From an uncultured delta proteobacterium (lineage in GTDB: Bacteria; Desulfobacterota; Binatia; UBA9968), in NCBI GenBank assembly GCA_963745035.1, contig CAVUVW010000013.1, positions 1,902,398 through 1,966,397 of the forward strand: DNA of 64,000 nucleotides, in the 5' to 3' direction. The notes under the pieces are model-generated. The model did not search any database and was not told the origin of the DNA. It worked only from the letters and a program-made list of their open reading frames with translations. Of this stretch, positions 11,023-21,299 are shown in pieces. How positions within the stretch are numbered: position 1 is the first letter of the stretch; every line of letters starts with the position of its first letter. The translations under genes and the position numbers were made by a program.

Positions 11023-11211
11023 CGGTTGGTAGCCTTGTTGCTTTTGCCTAAGTCGTAACCCGTTCAAGCACGTATACTCGGCGACAGCTTCTATCTACCC
11101 GCGCTCAACCGCTCCTGTCAATGTCACGCAAACGACGAGCGCCGTTCGACCCAGAACGGCGCTGTTCGGAACCATCAAATTGTATTTTCGCCAGCTCACC
11201 GATTAGGGAAC

Positions 11212-11285
11212 TGGCTGGGCGGGAAGGATTCGAACCTTCGATACCGGATCCAAAGTCCGGGGCCTTACCGCTTGGCGACCGCCCA
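11212..11285 (-). tRNA. tRNA-Gln (TTG)
   Basis: Minus strand TGGGCGG...CCGGA-CTTTGGA-TCCGG...GGTTCGAATCC...GCCA; usual position upstream of prs. Confidence 0.95.
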
Positions 11286-11334
11286 TCCTCGGGCTTCTCG
11301 TCGAGAAGCTCGCCCGGCCGCGCGGAATTTCGCT

Positions 11335-11622
11335 TCAGTCGTCGTCGAGTCCTTTTGCGCTTCCGCCCTCGGCCAGAACCTTTTGATATTCCGCGATGAT
11401 TTTCTCCTCGATCATCCTGCGCGTCTCATTGTTGATCGGATGAGCGATGTCCTTATAGGTTCCGTCCTTGCGTTTCTTGCTGGGCATCGAAACAAAGTAC
11501 CCAGTGGCGCCATGGATAATTTTCAAGTCCCGGATCACGAAACAGTGATCGAGGGTAATCGTGACATAAGCTCTTAGTTTATCTTCATCGACAGGAAAGA
11601 CCCTAACCTCGGTAACCTGCAT
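11335..11622 (-). CDS. spoVG: SpoVG family nucleic-acid-binding protein
   Basis: MQVTEVRV, FVIRDLKII, FVSMPSKKRKDGTYKDIAHPINNETR. Confidence 0.95.
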   Translation of the reverse strand: MQVTEVRVFPVDEDKLRAYVTITLDHCFVIRDLKIIHGATGYFVSMPSKKRKDGTYKDIAHPINNETRRMIEEKIIAEYQKVLAEGGSAKGLDDD

Positions 11623-11691
11623 AGGGACCCCCACTTGTGAGACGAGCGAGCTGCTTTGCTGACGGTTACTATAGGCTTTTTCGTTTCAGTC

Positions 11692-12564
11692 TTAGTTCAA
11701 AATATGGACCAAGAACGCTTGGGCTCCCTCCTCCTGCCGCACCCGACGAAATACGTTCAGCGACGCTTTCCTCGAAGCGAAAATTCCAAACACCGATGAG
11801 CCGCTACCCGACATTAAAACCCCTGGTGCGCCCCCGCGCAATAGCTTTCTCTTTAATGCCGCGATTTTAGGGTAGCGTTTGAAGGTCACATCTTCCAGGT
11901 CGTTTTGCAGCCGGCGTGCAAGTTCGTCGAAGCTCTTCGGCGAAGTCGCAATGCTAGTATTTACGATACTTTTTGTCAACTTTTCGCCCAACTTTCGATA
12001 GACCCAGGCGGTCGAGACGGGAAATCCCGGATAGACGATGACACACCAAAAATATGGCAGGTCGGGGAGCCGCCGCAGCTTCTCGCCAATGCCGCGCGCC
12101 CGCGCCGGCTTGCTCCGTATAAAAAAAGGCACGTCAGCCCCAAGCACGAGCGCCATCTTCTCCAACTGGTTCGTCGACAGGCGCAGCTTGAGCAGCCGGT
12201 TGAGCCCGATCAAGGTCGCCGCGGCGTCGCTGCTCCCGCCGCCCAAACCGGCGCCGACCGGAATATTCTTCCTTATGCGAATCCACACCGGCTGCGCTTT
12301 GCGGTGTTTTTTCATGATGAGCGCGGCGGCGCGGTAGACGAGATTGGTCCTATCCTGCGGAACCGACGGATGATCGCAGCGGACTTGGATCAGCTCATCA
12401 TTAAATTTGAATTGTCGCTCGGACAGTCGTCGCGCCTTGCGCAGCTCGATCTCGTCGTACAGCGATACGGGAACGATGACGGTGTCGAGCAAATGATATC
12501 CGTCCGCGCGCCGGCCGACGACGCGCAAGCTCAAATTGATTTTTGCCGGCGCTCGAATCTTCAC
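11692..12564 (-). CDS. ispE: 4-diphosphocytidyl-2C-methyl-D-erythritol kinase
   Basis: APAKINL, DGYH, IPVGAGLGGGSSDAA, LGADVPFF, MSGSGS. Confidence 0.97.
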   Translation of the reverse strand: MKIRAPAKINLSLRVVGRRADGYHLLDTVIVPVSLYDEIELRKARRLSERQFKFNDELIQVRCDHPSVPQDRTNLVYRAAALIMKKHRKAQPVWIRIRKNIPVGAGLGGGSSDAAATLIGLNRLLKLRLSTNQLEKMALVLGADVPFFIRSKPARARGIGEKLRRLPDLPYFWCVIVYPGFPVSTAWVYRKLGEKLTKSIVNTSIATSPKSFDELARRLQNDLEDVTFKRYPKIAALKRKLLRGGAPGVLMSGSGSSVFGIFASRKASLNVFRRVRQEEGAQAFLVHILN

Positions 12565-12610
12565 GCGCCATTAGTTAACATAGCGCTCACTCGATTGCGA
12601 AAGAGGTTCA

Positions 12611-13414
12611 GTGAGCCACGATATTTCGAAACTCTTGAATACGGCGTGGCAGGCCGCCAACGCCGCCGGCGAGCTCATCCGCGATCATTGGCACCAGGCG
12701 AAGACCATCGACTACAAAGGCCCGATTGACCTCGTCACCTCCACGGACCAAGGCGCGGAACGGATCATCGTCGAGATCTTGCAACGCGAATTCCCCGACC
12801 ATGCGATCTTGGCGGAAGAAGAAACCCGGCTTGCCGGGGGGTCTCACGAATATCGCTGGATCGTCGATCCTCTCGACGGCACCACCAACTTCGCCCACGG
12901 CTACCCGCAAGTCTCCGTGTCGATCGCGCTGGAATTTCGCGACGAGGTCATTTTAGGACTGGTTTACGATCCGCTGCGACGCGAGTGCTTCAGAGCAGTG
13001 AAGGGCGAAGGCGCGACTTTGAACGGCGCGCGCGTACAGACTTCCGTCGTACCCGAATTGGACAAGGCCCTCCTCGCCACCGGCTTTCCCTACGACCGGC
13101 GCGAGAACACGGATTTCTATTTGAGCTTCTTCAAAGCGTTTCTCACCCGTTGCCAGGGAATCCGGCGCGCCGGCTCGGCCGCGCTCGACCTCTGCTACGT
13201 CGCCGCCGGCAGGCTCGACGGTTTTTGGGAGCTGAAGCTCAACCCCTGGGACGTTGCCGCCGGCGCCCTGATCGTCGCCGAGGCCGGCGGCTCGATCAGT
13301 AATTTCTCCGGCGCGGAATTTTCGATTCACGGCAACGAAACCCTCGCATCGAACGGAGTCATACACAACGAAATGGTGAGCGTGCTCAGGACAGTGGCAA
13401 CTCGCGTTGACTGA
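12611..13414 (+). CDS. suhB: Inositol monophosphatase family protein
   Basis: WIVDPLDGTTNFAHG, RRAGSAALDLCYVA, PWDVAAG. Confidence 0.92.
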   Translation: MSHDISKLLNTAWQAANAAGELIRDHWHQAKTIDYKGPIDLVTSTDQGAERIIVEILQREFPDHAILAEEETRLAGGSHEYRWIVDPLDGTTNFAHGYPQVSVSIALEFRDEVILGLVYDPLRRECFRAVKGEGATLNGARVQTSVVPELDKALLATGFPYDRRENTDFYLSFFKAFLTRCQGIRRAGSAALDLCYVAAGRLDGFWELKLNPWDVAAGALIVAEAGGSISNFSGAEFSIHGNETLASNGVIHNEMVSVLRTVATRVD

Positions 13415-13474
13415 TTCCCGGCAGGGTGATAGAAATTTTTTGGAATTTAGCTCTGAATTTTCATTTCTTCTCGC

Positions 13475-13549
13475 GCGCCCGTAGTGAAAAGGATATCACG
13501 AGGGTCTCCGGAACCCTAAGTACAGGTTCGATTCCTGTCGGGCGCACCA
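13475..13549 (+). tRNA. tRNA-Arg (CCG)
   Basis: GCGCCCG acceptor, AGGGT-CTCCGGA-ACCCT anticodon arm, GGTTCGATTCC, ACCA end. Confidence 0.93.
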
Positions 13550-13621
13550 ATCTCAAGACTCGGACAGCCCGAATCCTTGAAAGCCGGCTCATGGCGGACC
13601 GGCGATCAATTGCAATGGAAA

Positions 13622-14143
13622 CTAAATCTTGCCCTTTTGCCGAAGTTGGTGAATGCGTTTTTGCAGAAACGCATCCGGGTCTTGCGAGTCTGGAAACTCG
13701 GGGAGAGCTTCGGCGGCGGCTCCAAGATCGAGCAGACGCCGATGAATGGCGGCGAGATCGGTATATGCTTTTTGCGACGCGTCGATTTGCACGACGCAGT
13801 CCGTCAGGCTTCGATCGATGCGCGCCACGCACTCGTCCAGTGCGGTTTGTTCCTGCTTTGCGAGTTGGCGCAAGCGCTCCGATTCCGTGCCGATGGTCTG
13901 AAGCGCCAGCGGTCGCAGGCGCTCTTCGATCTGCGCTTGCATGTCACGCAGCATGCGCAGCAAATCTTCGAATGGAGGATCTTCAGCGGTCGTTTTTGCG
14001 CCGACCGGAGGCGAGGTTTCCGGCGACGCGGCTGGCTCCCTGATCGAGCCGATGGCCGATTGAATGCGGGAGATTCGTTCCAGCAAGTTGCTGGGATCAT
14101 CGAGCAGATGCTGAAGCTGCCGGATGGGGTCTTGTTCTGCCAC
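13622..14143 (-). CDS. Hypothetical helical/coiled-coil protein
   Basis: 173-aa ORF co-oriented with and just downstream of the HTH gene; Q/E/L-rich. Confidence 0.55.
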   Translation of the reverse strand: MAEQDPIRQLQHLLDDPSNLLERISRIQSAIGSIREPAASPETSPPVGAKTTAEDPPFEDLLRMLRDMQAQIEERLRPLALQTIGTESERLRQLAKQEQTALDECVARIDRSLTDCVVQIDASQKAYTDLAAIHRRLLDLGAAAEALPEFPDSQDPDAFLQKRIHQLRQKGKI

Positions 14144-14178
14144 GAGTAAACTATCCGAGCCGGGAAATAAAACGCGAG

Positions 14179-14394
14179 CTACTTCGCGGCGGCTACGGCG
14201 CGCGGCGCGTCATCGGCGTCGGCTAAACCCATGGATTTCGTCGAAACCAGTTCGAGCACATCGGTCCTGCTGAATCTCCAGCTCCGGCCGATGCGGTTGC
14301 CTGGAATGATGCCTTTCTCTGCGAGCTTGTAAACGGTCTTGAGATGGATCTTGAGCAGCGAGGCAACCTCCGAAGGCGTCATAATTTCTTCCAT
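14179..14394 (-). CDS. Small excisionase-like (HTH_17) DNA-binding protein
   Basis: MTPSEVASLLKIHLKTVYKLAEKGIIPGNRIGRSWRF; AAGGAG RBS. Confidence 0.85.
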   Translation of the reverse strand: MEEIMTPSEVASLLKIHLKTVYKLAEKGIIPGNRIGRSWRFSRTDVLELVSTKSMGLADADDAPRAVAAAK

Positions 14395-14452
14395 CGCATG
14401 AATCTCCTTTTCTCTTTTTCCCGAAATGGGAGCACGTCGTTGCAGTTGCAAC

Positions 14453-14467
14453 GCATGACTTATGCCA
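14453..14467 (-). promoter_or_regulatory. sigma54 -24/-12 promoter
   Basis: Minus strand TGGCATAAGTCATGC (GG-N10-GC), about 60 bp upstream of the HTH gene. Confidence 0.6.
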
Positions 14468-14703
14468 GTCCCTGCCAGCCTGATGACCCATCAGATAAGA
14501 TTTGATTTTACCGAAACTTTCCGCGCGCAGGTGAACAAATGGACCCGCTGCCGCAAAAGCGTGGCAGCGCCCATCGGCTGGACAAAATTGGCCGCTTAGT
14601 GCAGTTTTTGGCAGCGCGATGGTAGCCGAGGCGAATTCTTTAAGCGCTTCGGACGACCGGCGTGGCATTTACAGGCAAGAGAGACGGTACAGCCGAAGAA
14701 TCG

Positions 14704-16197
14704 CTAGTCCCTCTGAAATCGGCTAACCGAGTGACGCGCCTGCACCTGGGCCAATTGCTTCTCCCACTTCTTCGAGTATTCGCTGCGGGTATCGTCGCTG
14801 ATCGCGCTGGTCGCGGGAAACTTGTCGCGCCATTCCCAGGGCCGCACCGCTTCGATGATCATGCGCGAGTTGTGGCCCTTCTGCCCCGGCTGGATGATTG
14901 GGTCGAGCGGGCCGCTCCAGGTGCGGCGCAGGATATCGACGGAAGTCGCCGGATCTGAACGCGTCGCGATCGCCCACAACACTTCGTTGGTGTCGGTGAT
15001 GTCGATATCGTCATCGACCACCACAACGTAGCGACCTAGATAGGCCCCGGCATGGCACTGACAGGCGATCAACGCCGCCTGTTTGGCGTGCCCGGGGTAG
15101 CGCTGCTTGATCGCTACAACGATCATGAACCGCTGTGCCGGCGGCGGCAGATAAACGCCCTTGATGTCCGGCACGCCGGCTTGCTCCATGCCGTTCCAAA
15201 CCGTCGCCGCGCGCAAGCACGAACGATACATGCCGTGGATCGTCGGCTTGAACGGCGCCGCGCCGCAGATGATCGGATCGTTGCGATGATAGAGTGCCTT
15301 CACGCGGACAAACGGCTCGGCACGCTGCGCGCTCGCGTAGTAACCGGGCCATTCGCCGAACGGCCCTTCCTGCATGGATTCGCCGGGAACGATCTCGCCT
15401 TCGATGACGAACTCCGCGCTGGCGGGAAAATGCAGGCCGGTCACCGGTCCCTCGATGACGTCGATCGGCTGGCCGATGAGGCCGCCCGCCCAGTCGTATT
15501 CGTTGACGCCGAAGGGCACGGCTTGCGATGCCGCGATGTAAAGCAGCGGATGCTGGCCGAAGGCCATCGCGACAGGAAACGTCTTGCCCGCCTTCATGGC
15601 CTTTTCATAATGCATCTTGCCGTGCTTGCCCGGCGAAATGTAAAGACCGACCTTGTCCTTGTCCTGCAGCATGACGCGGTAGCAGCCGACGTTTTCCACG
15701 CCGGTTTCAGGATCGCGCGTGACCACCAGATGGGCCGTGCCCAAATAGCGCCCGCCATCGCCGGCATGCCAGCGCGGCACGGGAAACTTCATCAGATCGA
15801 CATCGGCGCCGCGCGCGATGTTTTCGAAGACGGGGCCGGTTTTGACCACGTTGGCTTTGATCGGCTGCATCGACCGCAAGCGCGCGCGCAGCGCATCGAT
15901 GAGAGGAATGATCTTCAAGTCCATCGGTAAACTGAGCGTCAATGCGGTACGCTCCAGCGTTTCGAGCATATTGGAGAGCACGCGCCGCCCAGGGTCAAAA
16001 CCGGGGACGTTGTCGAAAACCACGGCCGGCGGCGTGGAGATTCTTTCCAGGATGATCTCGGTAAGCGCGCCGATCTCGAGATCCCAGTGAGCGCCGGAGA
16101 TCTGCTCGAGCTGCTCGAGGCGCTTGACCTCTTTCAGCCAGTCGCGGAGATCGCAAGAGTAGGTTTGCTCGGATTTGATTGCGGCCGCGGTTGCCAT
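14704..16197 (-). CDS. UbiD family (prFMN-dependent) decarboxylase
   Basis: FPVPRWHAGDGGRYLGT, NVGCYR, EGPFGEWPGYY, VVVVDDDIDI. Confidence 0.92.
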   Translation of the reverse strand: MATAAAIKSEQTYSCDLRDWLKEVKRLEQLEQISGAHWDLEIGALTEIILERISTPPAVVFDNVPGFDPGRRVLSNMLETLERTALTLSLPMDLKIIPLIDALRARLRSMQPIKANVVKTGPVFENIARGADVDLMKFPVPRWHAGDGGRYLGTAHLVVTRDPETGVENVGCYRVMLQDKDKVGLYISPGKHGKMHYEKAMKAGKTFPVAMAFGQHPLLYIAASQAVPFGVNEYDWAGGLIGQPIDVIEGPVTGLHFPASAEFVIEGEIVPGESMQEGPFGEWPGYYASAQRAEPFVRVKALYHRNDPIICGAAPFKPTIHGMYRSCLRAATVWNGMEQAGVPDIKGVYLPPPAQRFMIVVAIKQRYPGHAKQAALIACQCHAGAYLGRYVVVVDDDIDITDTNEVLWAIATRSDPATSVDILRRTWSGPLDPIIQPGQKGHNSRMIIEAVRPWEWRDKFPATSAISDDTRSEYSKKWEKQLAQVQARHSVSRFQRD

Positions 16198-16231
16198 GAT
16201 AATTTCTCCCTTTCGTTTACGGAGGAATATT

Positions 16232-17236
16232 TTATTCGACCATCTTCAGCGTGCTCGGACAGAAAATCTCTTCCGGCGCAATCCGCCGCGCCGTGATGCC
16301 CTGCGCGTCGCAATAGGCGAGGAATCTCTCGAGTACATGCCTGTTCGCTTCCAAACCGTACGCCCAGGGATCGGTCTTGAAGATGTCTCGTTCTTCGGCG
16401 AGGTAGTGATGGGGCCAGGCTTCCACCAAACTCGGAATCGACCGCCGCCAGCGCTGCGCCCAGCGCTTGGCATCAGTGTAGAGCCTAAATAACTTCTCGG
16501 GCAGCTCCGGATACCGCTCGACCACGTGCTTCTGCAGAGCGAGCACGTGCATGATCGGGAGGATTCGGGTGTTGCGGAAGTAGGCGGCTTCGACCTCGCG
16601 AGAGTCGTCGAACAATTTTCTGACCGAACTGTCGGCGAGCAAAGTCGTCAACTGCGACTCGGTCACACCCAGCGCGTCGACTTGGCCGTCGAAGAGCGCG
16701 TGGCAAGCGCGTTCGCTGGTGTTCTTGCCGCCGTTTTCGATCACGCGGATTACCGAGCCATCGCGCGGCTCCACGGTGGCGCCGGGATCATGGTCATCCC
16801 AGTGATGCATTGATGCCACATACCACTGGGAATTCTTCGCCGAGACACCGTATTCGTCGACGAGCATGCCGCGCATCCAGATCGCCGCCGTCTGCACCCA
16901 ACGGAGAAAGCCCAATTTCCTGCCGTTCAGATCCTCCGGCCGAGTGATGCCGGCATCCTTGCGCACGAAAATGAAGCCGTGGCGAAACATGCGCGAGGGA
17001 AAAACCGGAACCGCGACAAAGTCTGCTTTGCCTCTCGAAGTGTAATAGATCAATTCGCCGAGCGACATCTCGGAAACGTCGTACTGTCCTTTGAACATGC
17101 CGGCGAACATCCCCGGCACGTCTTCGGTTTCGGTGATGTCGAATTCGATGCCGGGAATTTTCATCTGGCCGCGCAGGATCGGTAACACGCCGTCGTAAGC
17201 GCGGCTGGCAAGGCGAATCTTCGTGGGGGAAGCCAT
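16232..17236 (-). CDS. 4,5-dihydroxyphthalate decarboxylase-like protein (PhtD family, periplasmic-binding-protein fold)
   Basis: YDVSEMSL, VPVFPSRMFRHGFI, QTAAIWMRG, LPIMH, DPWAYGLEANR. Confidence 0.8.
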   Translation of the reverse strand: MASPTKIRLASRAYDGVLPILRGQMKIPGIEFDITETEDVPGMFAGMFKGQYDVSEMSLGELIYYTSRGKADFVAVPVFPSRMFRHGFIFVRKDAGITRPEDLNGRKLGFLRWVQTAAIWMRGMLVDEYGVSAKNSQWYVASMHHWDDHDPGATVEPRDGSVIRVIENGGKNTSERACHALFDGQVDALGVTESQLTTLLADSSVRKLFDDSREVEAAYFRNTRILPIMHVLALQKHVVERYPELPEKLFRLYTDAKRWAQRWRRSIPSLVEAWPHHYLAEERDIFKTDPWAYGLEANRHVLERFLAYCDAQGITARRIAPEEIFCPSTLKMVE

Positions 17237-17273
17237 GGATGGAACCGGCTCTTATGGAGGCGAACCGCGGCCC

Positions 17274-18273
17274 CTAGTTTGCCGCTTCTTCCCGATAGAG
17301 CTGCAGCGAGTCCATGATCGGCCGATCGTTGATCGAGAAAAGCACCGCTTCGCCATTGCTGACGTTCTCATGCGCGTGCCACTGCCAAAGCGGCACAATG
17401 AAGCTATCGCCTCTTTGCCAATCGAGATAACCCTCGCCGACGCGAGTGCGGCCCTGGCCACGTACCACATGGTAGATCGCCGTGCTGGTATGGCGATGCG
17501 CCTGCGTCGCTTCCTTTCCTTTGAGAAGCTGCACTTCGCAGGACATAGTCGGATATGTATAGCCGCCGGTCGCGGGATTGATATAGCGCAATAACCGTCC
17601 ATCGTGCGGGTCACGATCATGGTCGCCGATGGCGCGGAGCGCCGCGTGGGTTTCTTTCCACTGATAGCGAAACGGCACACCGCGCCGGTGGCTCTCGTCG
17701 CCTTTTGGCAAGCGCGCAAAGCCCAGTCGGCTGAGCGATTCGCCGGTTGCCCGGGTCACCGGCTGCTCGGGGCTTTCCGACTCTTCAAAGAATAAGAATG
17801 TTGAAAGACTGGATCAGCGGGCCGTCCAAGCCGTCGAGCCAGATGATCGGATCCTCGGACTCGTTGTGATGCTCGTGCCAAGTCCAATTCGGCGTGAGAA
17901 TCAGATCGCCTTCTTCCATGTAGAACTTTTCACCCGCCACCGCCGTGTAAGCGCCCTTGCCCTGCACGACGAAACGGATCGCCGCCATATTGTGCCGGTG
18001 CGCCCGCGCCAACTCGCCGGGATTCACGATCGAAAAAGTCACTTGCAAGGTGTGCGAAGTCGACTTCATCGGCATATGCGGATTGACCAGACGGATGGCG
18101 CGCCGCTCAGCCTGTTCGATGCCAATCGTTTCACTCGCCTTGAGCAAGCCGTCGAGCAGCGGCTGCCACTTCCACAGATACGGCGCTTCGGCGCTGTGGC
18201 CCGGCACGCGCGTGCGCCAAAAGCCGGAGAGTTGATTCTTTTCCAGCAGCGTGTCGAGTTCGTCGAGCTTCAT
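17274..18273 (-). CDS. Gentisate 1,2-dioxygenase-like bicupin, split by a +1 frameshift near 17793
   Basis: ERRAIRLVNP, AHRHNMAAIRF, TPNWTWHEH, WLDGLDGP; second cupin YINPATGG, HRHTST, VPLWQWHAH. Confidence 0.85.
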
Positions 18274-18289
18274 CGCGTATCCTCGAACG

Positions 18290-18997
18290 CTAGGAAACCT
18301 GCGACATGGCGTGGGCCATGCCACCGAAGTAGGCGCGATGGAGATCCATGGACTCCTTGGCGGTGTGCAGCACGTCCTCTTCCCGGCCCGGTGCGACGTA
18401 TTTCTCCAGCACATCGATGAACATGTCGGAGTGTTTGACGTCGGCCTTGCTGTGCGCCGTGAAATTCGGCATCTGACCGTCGTTGAAATTGAGATCGCGT
18501 TTCCAGATCTTGTAGAGCCTCGTGCAATTGCCGCCGCCGAGGTCGCCGAGCAAGCGATCGTCGTTGGTCCATTCAGCGATCGTGGACGCCGCGATCGCCT
18601 CCTGCCATGGGCGGTTTCGCGCCAGCCAGAACCAGCCGTAGATCGCGGCCTTGGTCGTCGGCAGCGGCTCCGCCTTGAGAATATCGTCGATGCTCAAGCC
18701 CACCTCCTTGCCCTGGCGAAAAATCAGATCGAGATGACCGTGTTTGGAATGTTCGTCTTCGACCAGCTCCTCATGCTCGTGTTCGAGGATGCGCTGCTTG
18801 ACCTCGAACTCGGGGCAATTGGCGGCCACCTGCGGCCAGAAATTGCGCCGCTGGCGCACGTAGAGACTCAACTGCTGCAGATAAATCTGCGCTCTTTCAA
18901 TGGTCATCGGTATCGAATAGAAATGCTCCATCTCCGGTGACTGAAAGAGATCGCGCACGCAGTCGCCCAATTTTAGCCGCCATTCTTGTGGTTTCAT
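18290..18997 (-). CDS. Heme-oxygenase-like diiron protein (CADD/PqqC/TenA superfamily)
   Basis: LEHEHEE....GH, central AE, HSKADVKH (H-x3-D-x2-H). Confidence 0.78.
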   Translation of the reverse strand: MKPQEWRLKLGDCVRDLFQSPEMEHFYSIPMTIERAQIYLQQLSLYVRQRRNFWPQVAANCPEFEVKQRILEHEHEELVEDEHSKHGHLDLIFRQGKEVGLSIDDILKAEPLPTTKAAIYGWFWLARNRPWQEAIAASTIAEWTNDDRLLGDLGGGNCTRLYKIWKRDLNFNDGQMPNFTAHSKADVKHSDMFIDVLEKYVAPGREEDVLHTAKESMDLHRAYFGGMAHAMSQVS

Positions 18998-19277
18998 GAC
19001 ATGCCTCCGACCCATCCGACTCAATGAATTCTAGCTCGAAAAGCGCGCGCGCCGATCAAAACACTCGCGCGCAAGAAACTGGTTTACGATTTTTTACGAG
19101 TATCCGATCCGCCGAAGTATTGTCAAGCTCCGCTGCTGCGAGAAGCCGCTTAAGCGCTCGCCAGCGATCGATTGACTGGATGAACTGCGGAGCGGAGCAA
19201 ATTGACGATGAAACCCGGGGCGTGAGCGGTCTCGAAGGGAAGGTAAATGCGCCTACCGAACGTCGGGCCGACGGCCC

Positions 19278-19670
19278 TCACTGCACGTTCAAAGCTTCCT
19301 TGGGAACCGGCAGGTGGCGCAGCAATACTGTTTGCAGCTCGGTTAGGGAGACCGGTTTGCTGATCACCGCGTGAGCGCCGGATTGCAAGGCGGCCTCGCG
19401 GTGCGTCTCCGCCGTCCACGCCGTGCAGATAATCACCGGAATATTCTTCGTCGCGCCGCTTTCGCGCAAGCAGGCGGTGGCCTGAATGCCGCTCATGCTG
19501 GGCATGCCGATGTCCATGAAGATCAGATCCGGCTTTTCCGTCTGAGCCTTTTGCACGCCGAGCTCGCCGTCGTCCGCCTCGATGACCTCGAAACCGAGAT
19601 GGCGAATGAGCATGGCGAACAACTCGCGGCAATCCGTGTTGTCCTCGATCAGCAGTATTTTGTAAGCCAT
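19278..19670 (-). CDS. Single-domain response regulator (CheY/DivK-like)
   Basis: ILLIEDN, PDLIFMDIGMP, PVIICTA, ISKP. Confidence 0.92.
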   Translation of the reverse strand: MAYKILLIEDNTDCRELFAMLIRHLGFEVIEADDGELGVQKAQTEKPDLIFMDIGMPSMSGIQATACLRESGATKNIPVIICTAWTAETHREAALQSGAHAVISKPVSLTELQTVLLRHLPVPKEALNVQ

Positions 19671-19687
19671 AGATGCCGTGCTGCAAA

Positions 19688-19702
19688 GCAGAGCCCATGC
19701 CA
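19688..19702 (-). promoter_or_regulatory. Putative sigma54 promoter
   Basis: Minus strand TGGCATGGGCTCTGC (GG-N10-GC), 17 bp upstream of the response-regulator ATG. Confidence 0.5.
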
Positions 19703-19969
19703 GGGCAGAATTCGCGACATTACGCCGGTTGGCCGGACTTCTTCGTGAAAACTATGACGGCGCGCGCGCCAGGGTCAAATGACGATGCCGGAAACGGGCA
19801 TCCCCGTCCGCTGCCCAGCCAAGTTGCGGCACCTTGCGGATAATCTCCCCATAACCAAACGGTCTATTCGTACCCGGTCCACCTGATCGACCGGCTGAAC
19901 CACCGCGGTCTACCAGTGTCGCTCCAATGTTTCGAGAAACGAATGGCGACGTTCTCGCGCGGCCTTGAT

Positions 19970-21178
19970 TCAGCTTCGCAGTCTCTGCGCCGTCTCACGC
20001 GCAATAACCACCTCTTCATCGGTACGGACAACCCATACCTGCGGCGTCGAAGCGGCGGATGAGATGCAGCGATCCTCCGCCGACGCCGTAGCGTTGGCGC
20101 CGACATCAAGCACGATGCCGCACCACTCCATACCGCGGCAGATTTCTTCCCGCACCGCCGCCGCGTTCTCGCCGATGCCGCCGCTGAAGATCACCGCCTT
20201 GGCGCCGCCGAGCACCGCCAGGTAGGCGCCCAGATACTTGCGCGCGCGATGGCAGAAAACCTCTACGGCCAGCCGCGCGCGCGGATCGGCGTCGCGCGCC
20301 TCGAGCAATCTGCGCATGTCGTTGGATAGTCCCGAAATGCCGAGCAGTCCCGAGCGTTTGTTCAGCCAAGTCTCGACTTCCGCCGCTTGCACGCCTTCAC
20401 GACGCGCCAAATAGCTCACCAGCGCCGGATCGATGTCGCCGCAACGGCTCCCCATGACAAGTCCTTCGAGCGGAGTAAACCCCATCGAGGTGTCCACCGA
20501 CTGGCCGTCGCGAATCGCGGCGGCCGAGCAGCCGCTGCCGAGGTGCAGGATCACGGCGGTGACGTCCGCCGGCCGCTTGCCGACGAGCTCGGCGTAGCGG
20601 GCGACATCGTATTGATGCGCCAAGCCGTGAAAGCCGTAGCGGCGAATGTCGTATTTGCGCGCCAGGTCCCAAGGAATCGCATAGGTTGCCGCCGCGGCCG
20701 GCATCGTGTGATGAAACGCGGTGTCGAAGACCGCGACCATCGGCGTCGCGGCGCCGAAAGCTCGGTGCGCCGCGTGAATGGCGCTCACCGCCGGCGGATT
20801 GTGCAGCGGCGCGATCTCGCACAAGGCATCGAGCTCGGCGAGCGCCGCCTCGTCGATGAGCGTCGGTGCAGTATGACGAGCGCCGCCGTGCACCACGCGA
20901 TGACCCACGGCATCGGGGCGGGGCAAAGCCGGGACGGTGCCCAACCATGCGATCACGGCGCCCACCGCGGCCCCGTGATCGCGCAGCGGCATAGTCACTT
21001 CACTGCTCGCTTCGCCGGCTTCGAAGCGACACTTGGCCGCGCCGCCGATCCCGTCAATCAGCCCGCGCGCAAGTTTTCCCTGGCGCGAATAGGAAGAAGA
21101 CTGCGAATCGATTTCGATGAGCTGGAATTTGAGCGTCGCGCTGCCGCAGTTAAGCGCCAAGACATTTACAGGACTCAT
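19970..21178 (-). CDS. ackA: Acetate kinase
   Basis: LNCGSATLKF, VGHRVVHGG, APLHNP, RRYGFHG, SMGFTPLEG, GGIGEN. Confidence 0.95.
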   Translation of the reverse strand: MSPVNVLALNCGSATLKFQLIEIDSQSSSYSRQGKLARGLIDGIGGAAKCRFEAGEASSEVTMPLRDHGAAVGAVIAWLGTVPALPRPDAVGHRVVHGGARHTAPTLIDEAALAELDALCEIAPLHNPPAVSAIHAAHRAFGAATPMVAVFDTAFHHTMPAAAATYAIPWDLARKYDIRRYGFHGLAHQYDVARYAELVGKRPADVTAVILHLGSGCSAAAIRDGQSVDTSMGFTPLEGLVMGSRCGDIDPALVSYLARREGVQAAEVETWLNKRSGLLGISGLSNDMRRLLEARDADPRARLAVEVFCHRARKYLGAYLAVLGGAKAVIFSGGIGENAAAVREEICRGMEWCGIVLDVGANATASAEDRCISSAASTPQVWVVRTDEEVVIARETAQRLRS

Positions 21179-21299
21179 TGGCTTTTACTTCGCTCGCGCC
21201 GCCGCTGCGGTTGCTGAATAGAAACCAAGCTCACGCAATCGCGTGGGAGATAGATCGTGCGAGATACTGTGGGTCTTGGTCGGCTCGGAAAGCGCTCGG

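Noticed and set aside
11335-11622. spoVG as a sign of sporulation
   Set aside because: SpoVG is known in non-sporulating deltaproteobacteria and spirochaetes; here it is in an ordinary ispE-prs context.
13475-14394. Prophage at tRNA-Arg suggested by the excisionase-like HTH
   Set aside because: No integrase, no duplicated tRNA-Arg 3' end seen, and host-like composition.
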